Below are positions 25,255 through 39,487 of a stretch of DNA of 64,000 nucleotides, piece by piece (position 1 is the first letter of the stretch; each line of letters starts with the position of its first letter). A program made the position numbers and the translations under genes. Where the stretch lies: NCBI GenBank assembly GCA_964016885.1, contig OZ024742.1:126170001-126234000 (forward strand), read 5' to 3'. Below the pieces are notes generated by a model. The model searched no databases. It was not told where the DNA came from and worked only from the letters and a program-made list of their open reading frames with translations. The stretch comes from Eledone cirrhosa. Taxonomy: Eukaryota.

Positions 25255-26090
25255 AAAGTTTACCAAGAGCCTCGTAAAAAACGTTTTATTGAGGCTTTCT
25301 TGTCTATCAGCAAATGAGCATATCTTCACCGATCATTCCACATATTACAATGAAGCTCTAGCCCGAAGTGGATTCTTGATAAGGTTGAATATACTAAGTA
25401 CGAGCATAAACCTAGGAAAAATAGATCTCGACGTATTATATGGTATAACTCACCATATAATATGGAGGTGGCCACACCATTAGCAAAAATCTTTTTCTCT
25501 TTAATTAAGAAGTATTTCCTCTTAACACACAAATATAATAACATTTTTAATAGAAATACCGTTAAAATATCTTACTCAACAACTCCAAACTTCGCACATA
25601 ACATCATTGCATCTAATTTAGCTAAATTACCTAGCCGTAGTAACACAAACAATCTAGTAACTAGTACTAATTGTAATTGTAGGAATCGGGAAGACTGCCT
25701 TCTATCCTGGAAATGCCTCTCCAGTAATATTGTCTACAAAATAAGTTCGACACACGCACGTCTAGTAAAGCCTATATAGGGTTAACTACCAATATATTCA
25801 AGCAGCGTCTATACATGCACACCCATTCTTTTCCTAACCCTATAAGAATGAACATGACGTCACTTTCGGCCTATATCTGGAGTCTAAAAGACAACCATAC
25901 CTGATATAGGGAGATCCTAGTTAGAGCTAGCTCGTATAATGGAAACAAAAGACTATGAGATCTTTGCGTCGCTGAAGCCCTGGAAATACTCTACGCCAAC
26001 GATCAAATCTTGAACAAAATATCCGAGGCGATTTCGTCTTGTAAACACTAACGGCATAAACCTCTCCTGTATTACAGCCCTACATTATAA
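25255..26090 (+). pseudogene. Naiad-like PLE, C-terminal half (thumb, Cys linker, GIY-YIG), decayed
   Basis: RLSCLSANE, IIWYNSPY, IFNRNTVKISYSTTPN, CNCRNREDC...CLSSNIVYK, YIGLT..FKQRLYMH, LSAYIWSLKD, *DLC..E, LNK.SE...CKH. Confidence 0.85.
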
Positions 26091-27046
26091 CCTAACAGAT
26101 AGTACGGACAATATGCAGATAATATACGTCATGATGTGGTAGCTAAGTATATTTTATGTTTATACCATTATTTATTCGTATAGCTATGTACACATTATCT
26201 GTATGTTTGTGTATGTGTGTATATATATATATATATATATGTGTGAGTGTGTGTATATGGGTGTACATATTGCGTGTATCTACGTATATGTGTTTGTATA
26301 AAGGTGTATTTATTACCCTTTGCAAGGAGGAGTGCGCACATGAGCGTGTATGTGCATGCGCCAACCGAACATCTACGAGTGGGTTTTTGCACATATACAC
26401 GTGCGTGTATGGATATATGTACATGTATGCGTACGTGTGTATGTGTGTGTATGTGTATATGTGTGTATGTATGTGTATATGTATGTGTATGTATGTATAT
26501 ATATATATATATACATACATATATATATATACATATATATATATACATACATATATATATATACATATATATATATATACATATATATATATACATATAT
26601 ATATATACATATATATATATACATATATATATACATATATATATATATACATATATATATACATATATATATACATATATATATACATATATATATACAT
26701 ATATACATATATATATACATATACATATATATATATACATATATATATACATATATGTATACATATATATATATGTATACATATATATATATACATATAT
26801 GTATACATATATATATACATATATATATACATATATATATACATATATATATTATATATATATACATACATATATATATATAATATATATATACATACAT
26901 ATATATATATATAATATATATATACATACATATATATATATAAAATATATATTTACATACATATATATATATAAAATATATATTTACATACATATATATA
27001 TATATATATATATAAGAACAAAAGATGGTTAAAAGAGTTCCATGTA

Positions 27047-27113
27047 TTTTATTATGCGCATTTCAAAAACAAATATCATCATGTAATAATATTTGTGTTT
27101 TCATCAGATAAAA
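27047..27113 (-). ncRNA. Type-I hammerhead, family D (fold-back arm 1)
   Basis: Reverse complement of 27189-27255. Confidence 0.82.
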
Positions 27114-27188
27114 CAGGAAGACATGATATGAAGGTTAAAAAACACTTGTGGATAGTGCAGTTTTAAATCAACATATCATGTCTTCCTG

Positions 27189-27255
27189 TTTTATCTGATG
27201 AAAACACAAATATTATTGCATGATGATATTTGTTTTTGAAATGCGCATAATAAAA
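27189..27255 (+). ncRNA. Type-I hammerhead, family D (fold-back arm 2)
   Basis: ttttat-CTGATGA-aaacacaaatat...atatttgttttt-GAAA-tgcgca-TA-ataaaa. Stem I is 6 bp and stem III is palindromic. Confidence 0.85.
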
Positions 27256-27383
27256 TACATGGAACTCTTTTAACCATCTTTTGTTCTTATATATTATGTA
27301 TACTCCAGTCCTACAAACTGTAGAGTGCTTCTTATCCGATATCTGCATTGCTTTATTGTACTACAATAAAACTCACCTCCTAC

Positions 27384-27420
<37 letters not shown>

Positions 27421-27589
27421 TCAACTTATCAATAATGTAGTGATAATATATCGTCACGTTAGAGATGAACAGCGTACGTGTAGGTTTGCTCAACGAGTAT
27501 AAATTATATTCCGGAGAAAATGTAGAGAAGATGAATATAAAATGAAAGTGCTTTTTTAAAGGAATTTATTAGGTATTGACATATGTTTC

Positions 27590-30181
27590 TGTTTCTCTCC
27601 TTCTTCTGCTCCTTCCACCCCTCCCTCCACTTCACCACCTCTATCTCCACCTCCCACGTCCACTTCTTAGACATCTCCGTCGCCTTCGACCCCTCCCACC
27701 ACTCCCCGTCACCTCCGCCTTCTTCAAAACCACCGACTCCCACTCTTACCTCGACTTCACCTCTTCCCACCCCACCCACACTAAACACCCCATTCCCTAC
27801 TCCCAACTTCTCAGGATTCGCCGCCTCTGTAGCCGAGATGCTGACTTTGAGTCCCAGGCCCTTTCCCTAGTCAGCCATTTCATCCGCAGAGGTTACCCCC
27901 CCCTTTCTCGTCCACACCGCTCTCACCCGCGCCCGTGCTGTCCCCCGCTCCACCACCCTCACCCCACGCCACCGCACACCCACCCACCGTCTCCCCTTCC
28001 CCATCACCTACCACCCCTCCACCGCACCATCCGCCGCCTCTTCCGACGCCTCCAGTCCGACCCCTCCACCTCCCACATCTTCCCAACCCCACCACTCCCC
28101 TCCTCGTCCACAGCTCCCTACCCCCCAACCCACGCTCTGTCCCCCCCCCCGGTTCCTTTCCCTGTTCTAGGCCCCGCTGCAACACCTGTCCCCACATCAC
28201 CAACACCACCACCTTCCAGGGTCCCAACGGCCACTCTCTCTCGGTCCGGCATGCCTTCCGCTGCACCTCCTCCAACCTAGTCTACGACTTATGTCGGACA
28301 GACGGGACGTCGCCTGGCGGACCGATTCACGGAGCACCTCCGGGATATTCGTCTCGGGGGCAGTTCCCCCAACGCCCGCCACTTTGGTGGCCCTGGACAT
28401 TCCGCACGCCATCTCACAGTCTGTGGCCTACTCCAGTGCCACGGAACAACCGCCAATCACCTTACGGTCGAACAACGAACTATCTTCATCTTACAGACCC
28501 ACACTCCCCCCGGCCTGAACTCCCCACCCTTATTCCTTTAGCCTTCGACCGCCCCCCTCCCCCACACTTATCCACCACTAACACCACTAACACACCCCTC
28601 CTTTTCACCGCCCACCCCACAACTAACAATACTAACACCTCCACTCCACCCCTCATCTGACCACCCTTCCCCAACTAACATACTAACATCCCTCCCCCTC
28701 TCCTCCTCCCCGCTCCTTATCACACGCACACACCCACCGGCACATATATACACGCGCTCACACTAAACACACACCCTACTACCACCACTAACCCTCACCC
28801 CCACATCTCTCACCCCCACACCTCCATCCCACCACCCCGCAACTAACCTCACTAACACCCCCTAACCCCAAGCACACGAACACACGCACCACTTACACCA
28901 CCCAGCCCCACACGCAACTAACATCACTAACACCCCCCAACCCCACGCACACGTACCCACACACCCTCGTACACCACCAACTCTACACACCCTACCACCA
29001 CTAACCCCCACTCACACCTGCATTCAACCCCTCCCCACCTCCCGTATACTAACACCCACCCACTAACACCTCTTCATCAAACTACACACACACCAGTACA
29101 CCACACTCCCTCCATAGAACCACACACACCCTTCTCTCCCCGCTCCACCCTCACCCTCGCTCCACACTCACTCATCCCACTAACACCTCTACTAATACAC
29201 ACACACACACCCTCCTCACTCCAACTTTCACACCTACCCATCCTCGCCCCTTTACCATTCTACCGACTGCTGCTATGCCCTCTGACCACCTCTCAGCACA
29301 AACAGACACACAGCACTCCCACTGCTTGACCACTTCCTGTTGCGCGCGCACCCCACATCTCTCCTCTTCCGACCATCGCTTCATAGAACACCCACATGCA
29401 GAAATTGACCAACAACGAATCCACTAAACATCTTCGGAATTTACCTACTTTTCAACCATCCTCTTACGTAATCACCTATATAACTCACCCACACACACAC
29501 CCCCCAAAAAAAATGTTCTCCACACGCCACCTACACCCACAACACGCTTAAACCCCACACACACGTGCTTTCCACCACATATTTACACCCTCAGCCTCCT
29601 GATTCCTCTCCCCCCACCCCTCTATCCACACACGGACAGACACTCCGACCCATAACCCCCCCCCCCCACACACACACACACACCTCTTCCTGAACATGCA
29701 ACCCCGTTCTTCCCCCAACCCTTACTTTCACATACACACACACACACACACGCACACATACACACACACACCACCTTCAGCCCTCCCCGCTAGGACACCC
29801 CGTCTCCCTCTCCCCACTCCACCCGCCACCACCCCTACACACCCCACACCCTTCCACCACCTGTTTTACCCCCCTTTTAATTTCAGTTTATTTTTATCAT
29901 GCCTTTATATTTAAATTTATCTCATTCCTTGTATTTTGATCATGCTTTATTTTTATTTTTATCTTTATTTTTTATTTTTTCATTCGCACCGTTTCCTTTC
30001 GCTATATGTCTCTCCACCACTCCCCTACACACCCTTTGAACTCTGTTCCCACACACTTCTCACCTGAGGAAGGGCTTATGCCCGAAACGTCGTCCCCCAC
30101 CAACACCCCACTCTCCAGAGCGTGAAATTAATAAACATTCGGTGTACTGCCTCTCTGTTTTGTCCCTGTTCAAATTTTTCC

Positions 30182-30183
<2 letters not shown>
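27590..30183 (+). mobile_element. 5'-truncated, C-rich Penelope-like element (thumb, GIY-YIG, long AC-rich tail)
   Basis: FHPSLHFT..FLDISV, KTTDSHSYLDFTSSHP..IPYSQLLRIRRLCS, FIRRGYP, CSRPRCNTC, FRCTSSNLVY, YVGQTGRRLADRFTEH and PPGLN, with frameshifts. It ends in (TA)n. Confidence 0.88.
30061..30093 (+). ncRNA. Minimal hammerhead core, family E (stem I weak)
   Basis: cac-CTGAGGA-agggc-ttat-gccc-GAAA-cg-TC-gt, near the 3' end of the PLE and upstream of AATAAA. Confidence 0.6.
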
Positions 30184-30228
<45 letters not shown>

Positions 30229-30324
30229 AAGCCAAAATAATGCAGGTATGGACATAGAATAGAGAATGCAAATGCAAAAGATATTGTTAACAATTAGTCT
30301 TTTACCTTAGATTTATTTAAATGT

Positions 30325-30359
30325 CCTTAATTTTCGAGATAATATCTCTTCTTCGGAGG
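30325..30359 (-). ncRNA. Hammerhead family A, second copy (core mutated to CCGAAGA)
   Basis: cct-CCGAAGA-a-gagat-att-atctc-GAAA-at-TA-agg, with a perfect stem II. Confidence 0.5.
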
Positions 30360-30546
30360 GAAGTAAAGCGGTTAAACCAGTGTTCTAAATAGCTTGCCAA
30401 GTCATGCTGACAGGAAATGGTATAGAGTATCTGTTCTATCTCTAATGTCAAAGAGTTAAGGTTAGGTGGATAAAGAGTAGTGTCCCTTTAAAAGGTTTTT
30501 TTTGTACATGCCTGTTTAAGTGTGTGGGAGAATGTGTGAGGTGTAA

Positions 30547-30593
<47 letters not shown>

Positions 30594-30612
30594 TGTGAGA
30601 AGATATGTCTAT

Positions 30613-31924
30613 ACGTGCACAATGGCACACAAGGGTGCCCTTGAGGCATTGGACGGGACCCTGAAAGACATTAGGGATTCTACGGCTCCTATGGATGGCG
30701 TAACCCTTCTGCTATCAGGGGATTTTCGGCAAACGCTGCCTGTCATCCCCAAAGGGACAAGAGCTGATGAAGTGCTTGCCTGCCTTAAGTCGTCCACGTT
30801 GTGGCCCCAGGTGAAGACTTTGTACCTGAGCACAAAGTGACAACATGTCTGCAGCATTTGCTCAGAACATTTTAGCACTTGCTGATGACAAGGTCGGCAT
30901 AGCAATCGACTACCTGTGCAACATTGTGAGCAGCCCTTCTGACCTTTGGGAGGCAGTTTTTCCTAATGTCTCATCTAACTTCAAAAACTTCGATTGGCTC
31001 AGCGAAAGAGCCATCCTTGCTCCGAAAAATGCCATGGTTAATTTTATTAACGAGCAGCTGATTGAGAAAATTCCCGGTAAAGAGCACATCTTCAAATCTA
31101 TCGACCGGACGTCAGACCCCGACGATATCGTTAATTATCCGGTTGAGTTATTAAATTCCCTTGAGCCTCCAGGGCTCCACCTCACATTCTTAAGCTTAGG
31201 GTTGGCTGTCTCATTATGCTAATAAGGAACTTGCGCCTAGCAAAGCAGTGCAACGGTACTCGCATGGTCGTCAAGTCAATGACGCCCCACTTGATTGAGG
31301 CCACCATTGTAACGGGGTGCGGGAAAGGGGAGAATGTTTTCATTCCAAGGATGAACCTTTTCCCCTCGGCGTCAGATATCCCGTTCGATTTCCGGCGATC
31401 CCAATTCCCGATGAGACCATGTTTTGCCATGTCCATTAACAAGTCACAAGGGCAAACATTGCGGGCATCAATTTGGGGGAGCCATGCTTCTCCCATGGTC
31501 AACTTTATGTTGCCTGTTCCCACGTAGGTAGAAGGAATGCACTTTTTGCTTACACTCCTCAAGGGATCACAGGCAATATCGTCTACAAAGAGGTGCTATA
31601 GATGTTGGTGCAGGTGTTGGAGGTGTTGGAGCTATGCCGTCTGGAAAACTATTTCCTGGTAGGGTCACCCATGGCGAACAGATGTGACACCCAGCGGTAT
31701 CAGGGCTACCATCTTACAACTTTGGTCTGCTAAATTCGCTATTGGAAGATTATTAACCAATCATTGATTGTCCAAAATGCTAATTGGTTCGTAACTTTTA
31801 ATAACCGGTTCAACTGCTTTATGCACTTAATTGATAAGCTTATTCGCTTTCAAGCCACGTTTACCTGTATGTAACTTTTCATAGCAAATGAATAAACCCG
31901 AGCAACGCCGGGCTAAACTGCTAG
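30613..31924 (+). mobile_element. Helitron 3' portion with Pif1 helicase pseudogene (duplicate of 2430-3738)
   Basis: GDFRQTLPV and FAMSINKSQGQTL motifs; hairpin + CTAG at 31921-31924. Confidence 0.9.
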
Positions 31925-31926
31925 TA

Positions 31927-34402
31927 TCTATATATATAAAGCTGAGGATGTGTATGTTAAGGTTTGTAACGTATGCACGTTCACAATTTCCAACGAATTC
32001 TATTCAAAGTCGGGACAATTATTGCTTTTGGTCAGAAGAATTTCAAATCCATCAACAATAAGGGCAAAAATCGATCATGATCATTCCCCCTCTCTATAAT
32101 TTAACTGCTTTACTCTCTCTGTCGCTCTTCACTCCCTATATGAAACTGTGTATGATCAAATGGAGCGTTCCGTATATTCCCTCTCTCTATAATTTAACTG
32201 CTTTACTCTCTCTGTCGCTCTTCACTCTCTATATGACAACACTGCAGTGGAGCGTTCCGTATTGAGCATTCCGTATTGACATACGGCTTATCTGGGGCAT
32301 TTTCAATCCACTTATTGCAAATAACAACCCACAAAATAACACTTCATATAGTAGATTAATGCTATAGACATATGAATCGGAATGTAACCCGTGAACTTTT
32401 TCCTGGGCAAAATTATTCGAACAGATATGACCTCATTGTCAAAGTGTTCAGACTGAAACTGGCTAAACTCATGGCTTTAATAAAAAAGGGTCAGGTATTT
32501 GGGGCTGTCAAGTGTGACATGTTCACCGCCGAATGGGAAAAACGAGTGCTGCCACATGCTCACATTTTGATTTGGTTAGCTGATGAAATCAATTCAAATA
32601 TCATAGACAGCTTCATTTTGGCTGAAATCCCTAACCCAGCAACTGACCAGGAATTACATGACATCGTCAAAGCTAACATGGTCCGTGTGCGGACCCCCCC
32701 CATTCTCCCCCCTTATAAAAAACGGTCTCCAAATAAAATCAGACCCCCCAATAGAAAACAGACCCAACCAATAAAAAACAGAACCCCCAAATAAAAAACG
32801 GTCTCCTAATACAAAACGCCCCCAATAAAAGACGGACTCCAAATAAAAAACATACACCCCAAATAAAATGGACCCCCCAAATAATAAATGGATCACCCTC
32901 AAATAAAAAAACTGACCCCCCCCCCAATAAAAAAACAGACCCCCACCAAAAAAACGGACCCACCCAAATAAAAAATGGAGCCCCCAAATTAAAAACGGAT
33001 TCCAAATAAAAACTCCCCCCAATGAAAAACAGAACCCCCAATAAAAAACGGATACCCCCTCCCCCAAATAAAAAACTGTCTCCAAATAAAAAACGGACTC
33101 CCCACCAATAAAAAACGCCCACCCCCCATAAAAACGGTCCCCCCACCCCTACACCAATAAAAAAACAGTCTCCAAGTACAAAACTGACCCCCCCCCCGAA
33201 ATAAAAAAAGGGACTCCAAATAACACCCCCCCTAAAACACGGACCTCCCACCCCTTCCCCCAAATAAACGGTCTCCAAATAAAAAAACCGACGCCTCCAT
33301 AAAAAACTGAACCCAACCCCTCCCCCAAATAAAAAACAGACCCCCCCATTACAAAACGGACTCCCCGCCCCAATAACCCCCCTCCCCCATAAAAAGGACC
33401 CCCACCCCTCCCCAAATAAGAAACGGACTACAAATAAAAAATGGCTCCCCCAATAAAAAACAGATGCCCCCAAATAAACTCCCCCCCCCCAAATAAAAGA
33501 CGGATCCGCCCAAATAAAAAATGGACCCCCCACCTCCTACCCCCAAAATAAAAAACGGACCCCCCCCCAATTAAAAACGGATTCCAAATAAAAAACGGAT
33601 CCCCCCCAAATAAAAAAACGGACTCCAAATAAAAAAACCGACCCCCCAATTAAAAACGCCCACCCCCATAATAAACGGACCCCCCCCCAAATAAAAAACG
33701 ACCCTCCCACCCCGATAAAAAAACGCATCACCCCCCCCCCCCCCCCCAAATAAAAAACGGTCTCCAAATAAAAAACCGACCCGCCAATAAAAAACGCCCC
33801 CCATAAAAAACTGAACCTAACCCCTCCCCCCAAATAAAAATGGTTTCCAAATAAAAAACAGACCCCCCCAATGAAAAACGGACCCCCCAAAAAACAGACC
33901 CCACCAAAGAAAACGGACCCCCCCAATAAAAAACGGACTACAAATAAAAAATGGCTCCCCCAATAAAAAACAGATGACCCCAAATAAACTCCCCCCCCCA
34001 ATACAAGACAGACCCCCCAAATAAAAAATGGACCCCACCCCACCCCTAACCCCCAAATAAAAAACGGACCCCCCCAAATTAAAAACGGATTCCAAATAAA
34101 AAAACTTACCCCCCCCCCCCCCAAATAAAAAACGGACCCCTCCAATAAAAAACTGACACTCCCAATAAAAAAAGAACTCCCATGGCGGACAGATCTGACG
34201 CCCAGCGGCATCAGTCGCTATTGGAAGATTATTGATTGATCATTGATTGTCCAAAATGCTAATTGGTTCATAACTATTAATAACCGGTTCAACTGCTTTA
34301 TGCACTTAATTGATAAGCTTATTCGCTTTCAAGCCACGTTTACCTGTATGTAACTTTTCATAGCAAATGAACAAACCCGAGCAACGCCGGGCTAAACTGC
34401 TA

Positions 34403-34403
<1 letters not shown>
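31927..34403 (+). mobile_element. Non-autonomous Helitron with Rep fragment (duplicate of 68-2427)
   Basis: TC start at 31927, Rep fragment 32372-32690 (LPHAHILIWL), CTAG at 34400-34403. Confidence 0.9.
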
Positions 34404-34435
<32 letters not shown>

Positions 34436-34939
34436 TATCGGTGCTCTAAAATGGCGATGTATGTATGAATGTATGTATGGTATATTTGATAATATACTGT
34501 ATGTTTATTTTAAAAGATTTTGAAGACCATTCGCTACGAGTTTTAAAGTAGCGACTACGTCACTTACTTGGTCTCGACAAAAGCAAAGGGAAGTAACCGA
34601 CGACCGTTTCTCGCTCCTTAGCGGTTATCAAGATTGCATGCAACCACTTTGTTTAATCAGCTCTTAAACATCACTGGAATTCTATAAGAATCCAGCTTCT
34701 ACACATCTCGGCAGAAGCGGGGGTACCATTGTCTATGTGTGTGCGTGTGCGTGTGCGTGTGTGTATCTAATAGACCGCCTGTGACTCGTTGGGTCATGTT
34801 CACTTAAAAATAATTTTAAAATAATTAAAATATACACAGACATGTACATAATGTGAAATGAAACTGGAAGGTCCATACATATACGCGTGTGTATGTATAT
34901 ATATAAATGCGTGTGTTTCTATAAATATATATATATGTA

Positions 34940-34972
<33 letters not shown>

Positions 34973-35051
34973 GTGGATATCTGTGATCTATATACACTGG
35001 TCATAGACACACACACATATATACACACACATATATATACATACACACACT

Positions 35052-35099
<48 letters not shown>

Positions 35100-35144
35100 G
35101 AAAATAAAACAAAGAAGCCTTCAATACATCAAAAGTCTTTATTA

Positions 35145-35183
35145 GCCAACAATGTTTCGTCCTATTAAGGACTCATCAGGGCA
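35145..35183 (-). ncRNA. Minimal type-I hammerhead, family F
   Basis: gcc-CTGATGA-gtcc-ttaata-ggac-GAAA-cattg-TT-ggc, followed by AATAAA and (TA)n. Confidence 0.85.
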
Positions 35184-35932
35184 ATTAAAACTTCAAGAAG
35201 CACTATCGGCCAATACAAGCCGAAAACTCCGAAGAATATGGAGTGTACATACACTAAAGTATTGGAAGATTATGGGTAAAAATATATAATAAAAATATAT
35301 AATAAAAATCACTAAGTAGGTGGATAACATTTTGAACCATATTACAAATATAGTCCAAAGCCAAAAAACTAGAGCCAAACAAAGGTGGTTATATAGAGTG
35401 GGAATTATAGTACTATATGTAATACAATATAATATAATATAATATACTTGTAACAATATTAAAATTAAAATTTAAATTAAAAGGCACAATATACATATGT
35501 ATATATATACACACACATACGCACATATACATATACATCAATACACATTTCCATCATTAACAGCACAAAATTAAACCTTATTAAGAGTTTAAATATAAAT
35601 AAGCATAATAGGAATAAAAATAAAAATACAAAATAATACGTATATATAATATACAGTATAACATGAAGTAATGAAATGATTAAAAGTAAAACATATAATA
35701 TATAATAAACTATATAATTATATAATATATAATATAATATAATAGATAATCTCCGGTTAATTTACACAAACAATATAGATGTCACAATAACACTATAATA
35801 ATAATATAGTATTGGAAGATTATGGGTAAAAATATATAATAAAAATATATAATAAAAATCACTAAGTAGGTGGATAACATTTTGAACCATATTACAAATA
35901 TAGTCCAAAGCCAAAAAACTAGAGCCAAACAA

Positions 35933-36116
35933 AGGTGGATTGGCAGTATTGGTAGAGGGTCGGACGCCATGCTTTCCAGCATAGTTACGTCCCTTTACGA
36001 TCTGAGTTCAAATCCCGCCGAGGTTGACTTTGCCTTTCATCCTTACGGGGTCGATAAAATAAAGTACCAGTAATGCACTGGGTAATTGCTGGCCTTGTGC
36101 CTAACGTAGAAACAAT
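35933..36116 (+). mobile_element. SINE family 1
   Basis: TGGCAGTATTGGTAGAG...GAGTTCAAATCCCGCCGAGGTTGACTTTGCC. Confidence 0.85.
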
Positions 36117-36669
36117 TATAATATATAATGGCATGTAAGTTAACAAATCAATTCATATAGAGTTACTGAGCAGGTGAGAAAAAAATATATATTGTACAAT
36201 ACCAAAATCAAAATTATGATGGTACAAAAATATAAACATCTTACGGAATATATAAAATATAACATATCATAATGGTATAAAAATCATCAGTCAGTTACAA
36301 AGATCAATATTACATTTACAAAGAGTTGAATAACAACTTCAATATAAAATAATGAACATAATATAATATATAATTACTTATAATTACAAGGTTGGTAAAC
36401 AGACACATATGTGAATGAGTGAATAAGGGTCAGACAGAAAATATTAAAACAATAGCTTACGGTCTTCAAAATGCTTTTAATTAAGCATAAAGTGTATTGC
36501 AAAATACATTATATATACATCCATATATATATTGCTATTTCAGAGCTCCAATTTTAATTTTTAATTTCTGCCTGACCAACAACCGCTCTGCATAATCAGC
36601 TCCTGATTATTTACTAGATTTCTATAAGAATATAACATCAATGATCTCAGTAAACAGGTGGGGTAGTTG

Positions 36670-36711
36670 GCCTTGATAAGCTTCAACCAAAGCGAAACAA
36701 GTCTTGTCGGC
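36670..36711 (+). ncRNA. Type-I hammerhead with U3-A8 core, family G
   Basis: gcc-TTGATAA-gct-tcaaccaa-agc-GAAA-caagtcttg-TC-ggc. Confidence 0.75.
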
Positions 36712-36985
36712 TTATCTCCCCTGTTTGCTGAGATCAAAGTGAGTGAATTTGTCACTACTTTAAAACAATAGCTTACGGTCTTCAAAATGCTTTTAATTAA
36801 GCATAAAGTGTATTGCAAAATACATTATATATACATCCATATATATATTGCTATTTCAGAGCTCCAATTCTAATTTTTAATTTCTGCCTGACCAACAACC
36901 GCTCTGCATAATCAGCTCCTGATTATTTACTAGATTTCTATAAGAATATAACATCAATGATCTCAGTAAACAGGTGGAGTAGTTG

Positions 36986-37027
36986 GCCTTGATAAGCTTC
37001 AACCAAAGCGAAACAAGTCTTGTCGGG
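36986..37027 (+). ncRNA. Hammerhead family G, second copy
   Basis: Same motif 316 bp downstream, with one stem I change. Confidence 0.7.
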
Positions 37028-37169
37028 TTATCTCCCCTGTTTGCTGAGATCAAAGTGAGTGACTTTGTCACTACGGTCTTCAAAATGCTTTTAATTAAGC
37101 ATAAAGTGTATTGCAGAATACATTATATATACATCCATATATATATTGCTATTTCAGAGCTCCAATTCT

Positions 37170-38240
<1,071 letters not shown>

Positions 38241-38272
38241 AGAACAAAAGATGGTTAAAAGAGTTCCATGTA

Positions 38273-38339
38273 TTTTATTATGCGCATTTCAAAAACAAAT
38301 ATCATCATGCAATAATATTTGTGTTTTCATCAGATAAAA
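38273..38339 (-). ncRNA. Type-I hammerhead, family D (in the Naiad-like pLTR)
   Basis: Same motif as 27189-27255. Confidence 0.85.
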
Positions 38340-39487
38340 CAGGAGGACATGATATGAAGGTTAAAAAACACTTGTGGATAGTTCAGTTTTAAATCAACAT
38401 ATGAGAAGTAGTTTTAGATTGATGTGTGATATTGGGAAAAATATTTTATTTAGAGGGGGGGGGAGAAGGAGATGAGAGTGAAGGCGGAGAGGGAGGAGTA
38501 TAGTGAGGAAGGAGGAGATAGGAGGAGAGATGGGTGATAGAGAGAGAGAGATAGCTTTTATAACTGAGAAAGATATATTGTTTTACATAGAGAGGTTGAA
38601 AACCGTTGGAAGATAATGTATAAATTAAAAGAATTTGAAAATTAACGAAGAGAAAAATAATGTAAAGTTAAGGTTTGTATATTGAGGGGTTTGATAATAT
38701 GTGCGAAGAAAAAGAAAGAGTTAATATGTATTGAGAATAATGAGTTAGATGATAGGGAGAAAAGAATAATGAATTGAGGATGAATAATCTGACGTCAAAA
38801 AAATGTATATGTTTACGAAGGATTTTTACAAGGTGATATAGAGTAAGAATGTGTTGTATTATGTAATAATTGATTCTATGTTAGGCAAGAGTGAGAAAAG
38901 GTACAGATTAGGGGTTAGATATTAGAAGAGAAGAAAAGGAAGTGATAAATATGGGTGATGTAGAAAGAGTAAACAAGTTTTATAGAATTTGAAAATTAAC
39001 GAAGAGAAAAATAATGTAAAGTTAAGGTTTGTATATTGAAGGATTTGATAATATGTGCGAAGAAAAAGAAAATGTTAATATGTATTGAGAATAATGAGTT
39101 AGATGATAGGGAGAAAAAAATAATGAATTGAGGATGAATAATCTAGCGTCAAAAAATGTATATGTTTACAAAGGATTTTTACAAGGTGATATAGAGTAAG
39201 AGTAATGAGTAAACAAGTATTATAGAATGTATAATAACCTTTGAAATAAGGTAGAACGATGGGTATATTTTTAAAAGAAGTGTATATATATGTGCCTTTG
39301 AGAAAAAGATTCTAAATTGATAAAGAATTGAATATTAGCTGTATACTTTGTGAAATGTTTTATGGAATTTATGCAAGCAGATAGAAAACAAGTCAGTGCG
39401 TCTATTTATTATAGAATCTAGATTAGAGATAATGGTAGATTTTTCATTTAGACAGAGATTGCAGATTTTAGATAGAGAACTGTTCAA

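Larger units (their letters stand above)
30222..34470. repeat. Inverted segmental duplicate of 1-5414 (lacking ~3737-5050)
   Basis: Reverse-complement near identity of the Helitron parts, the PLE tail and the outer flank. Position 1 pairs with 34470. Confidence 0.95.
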
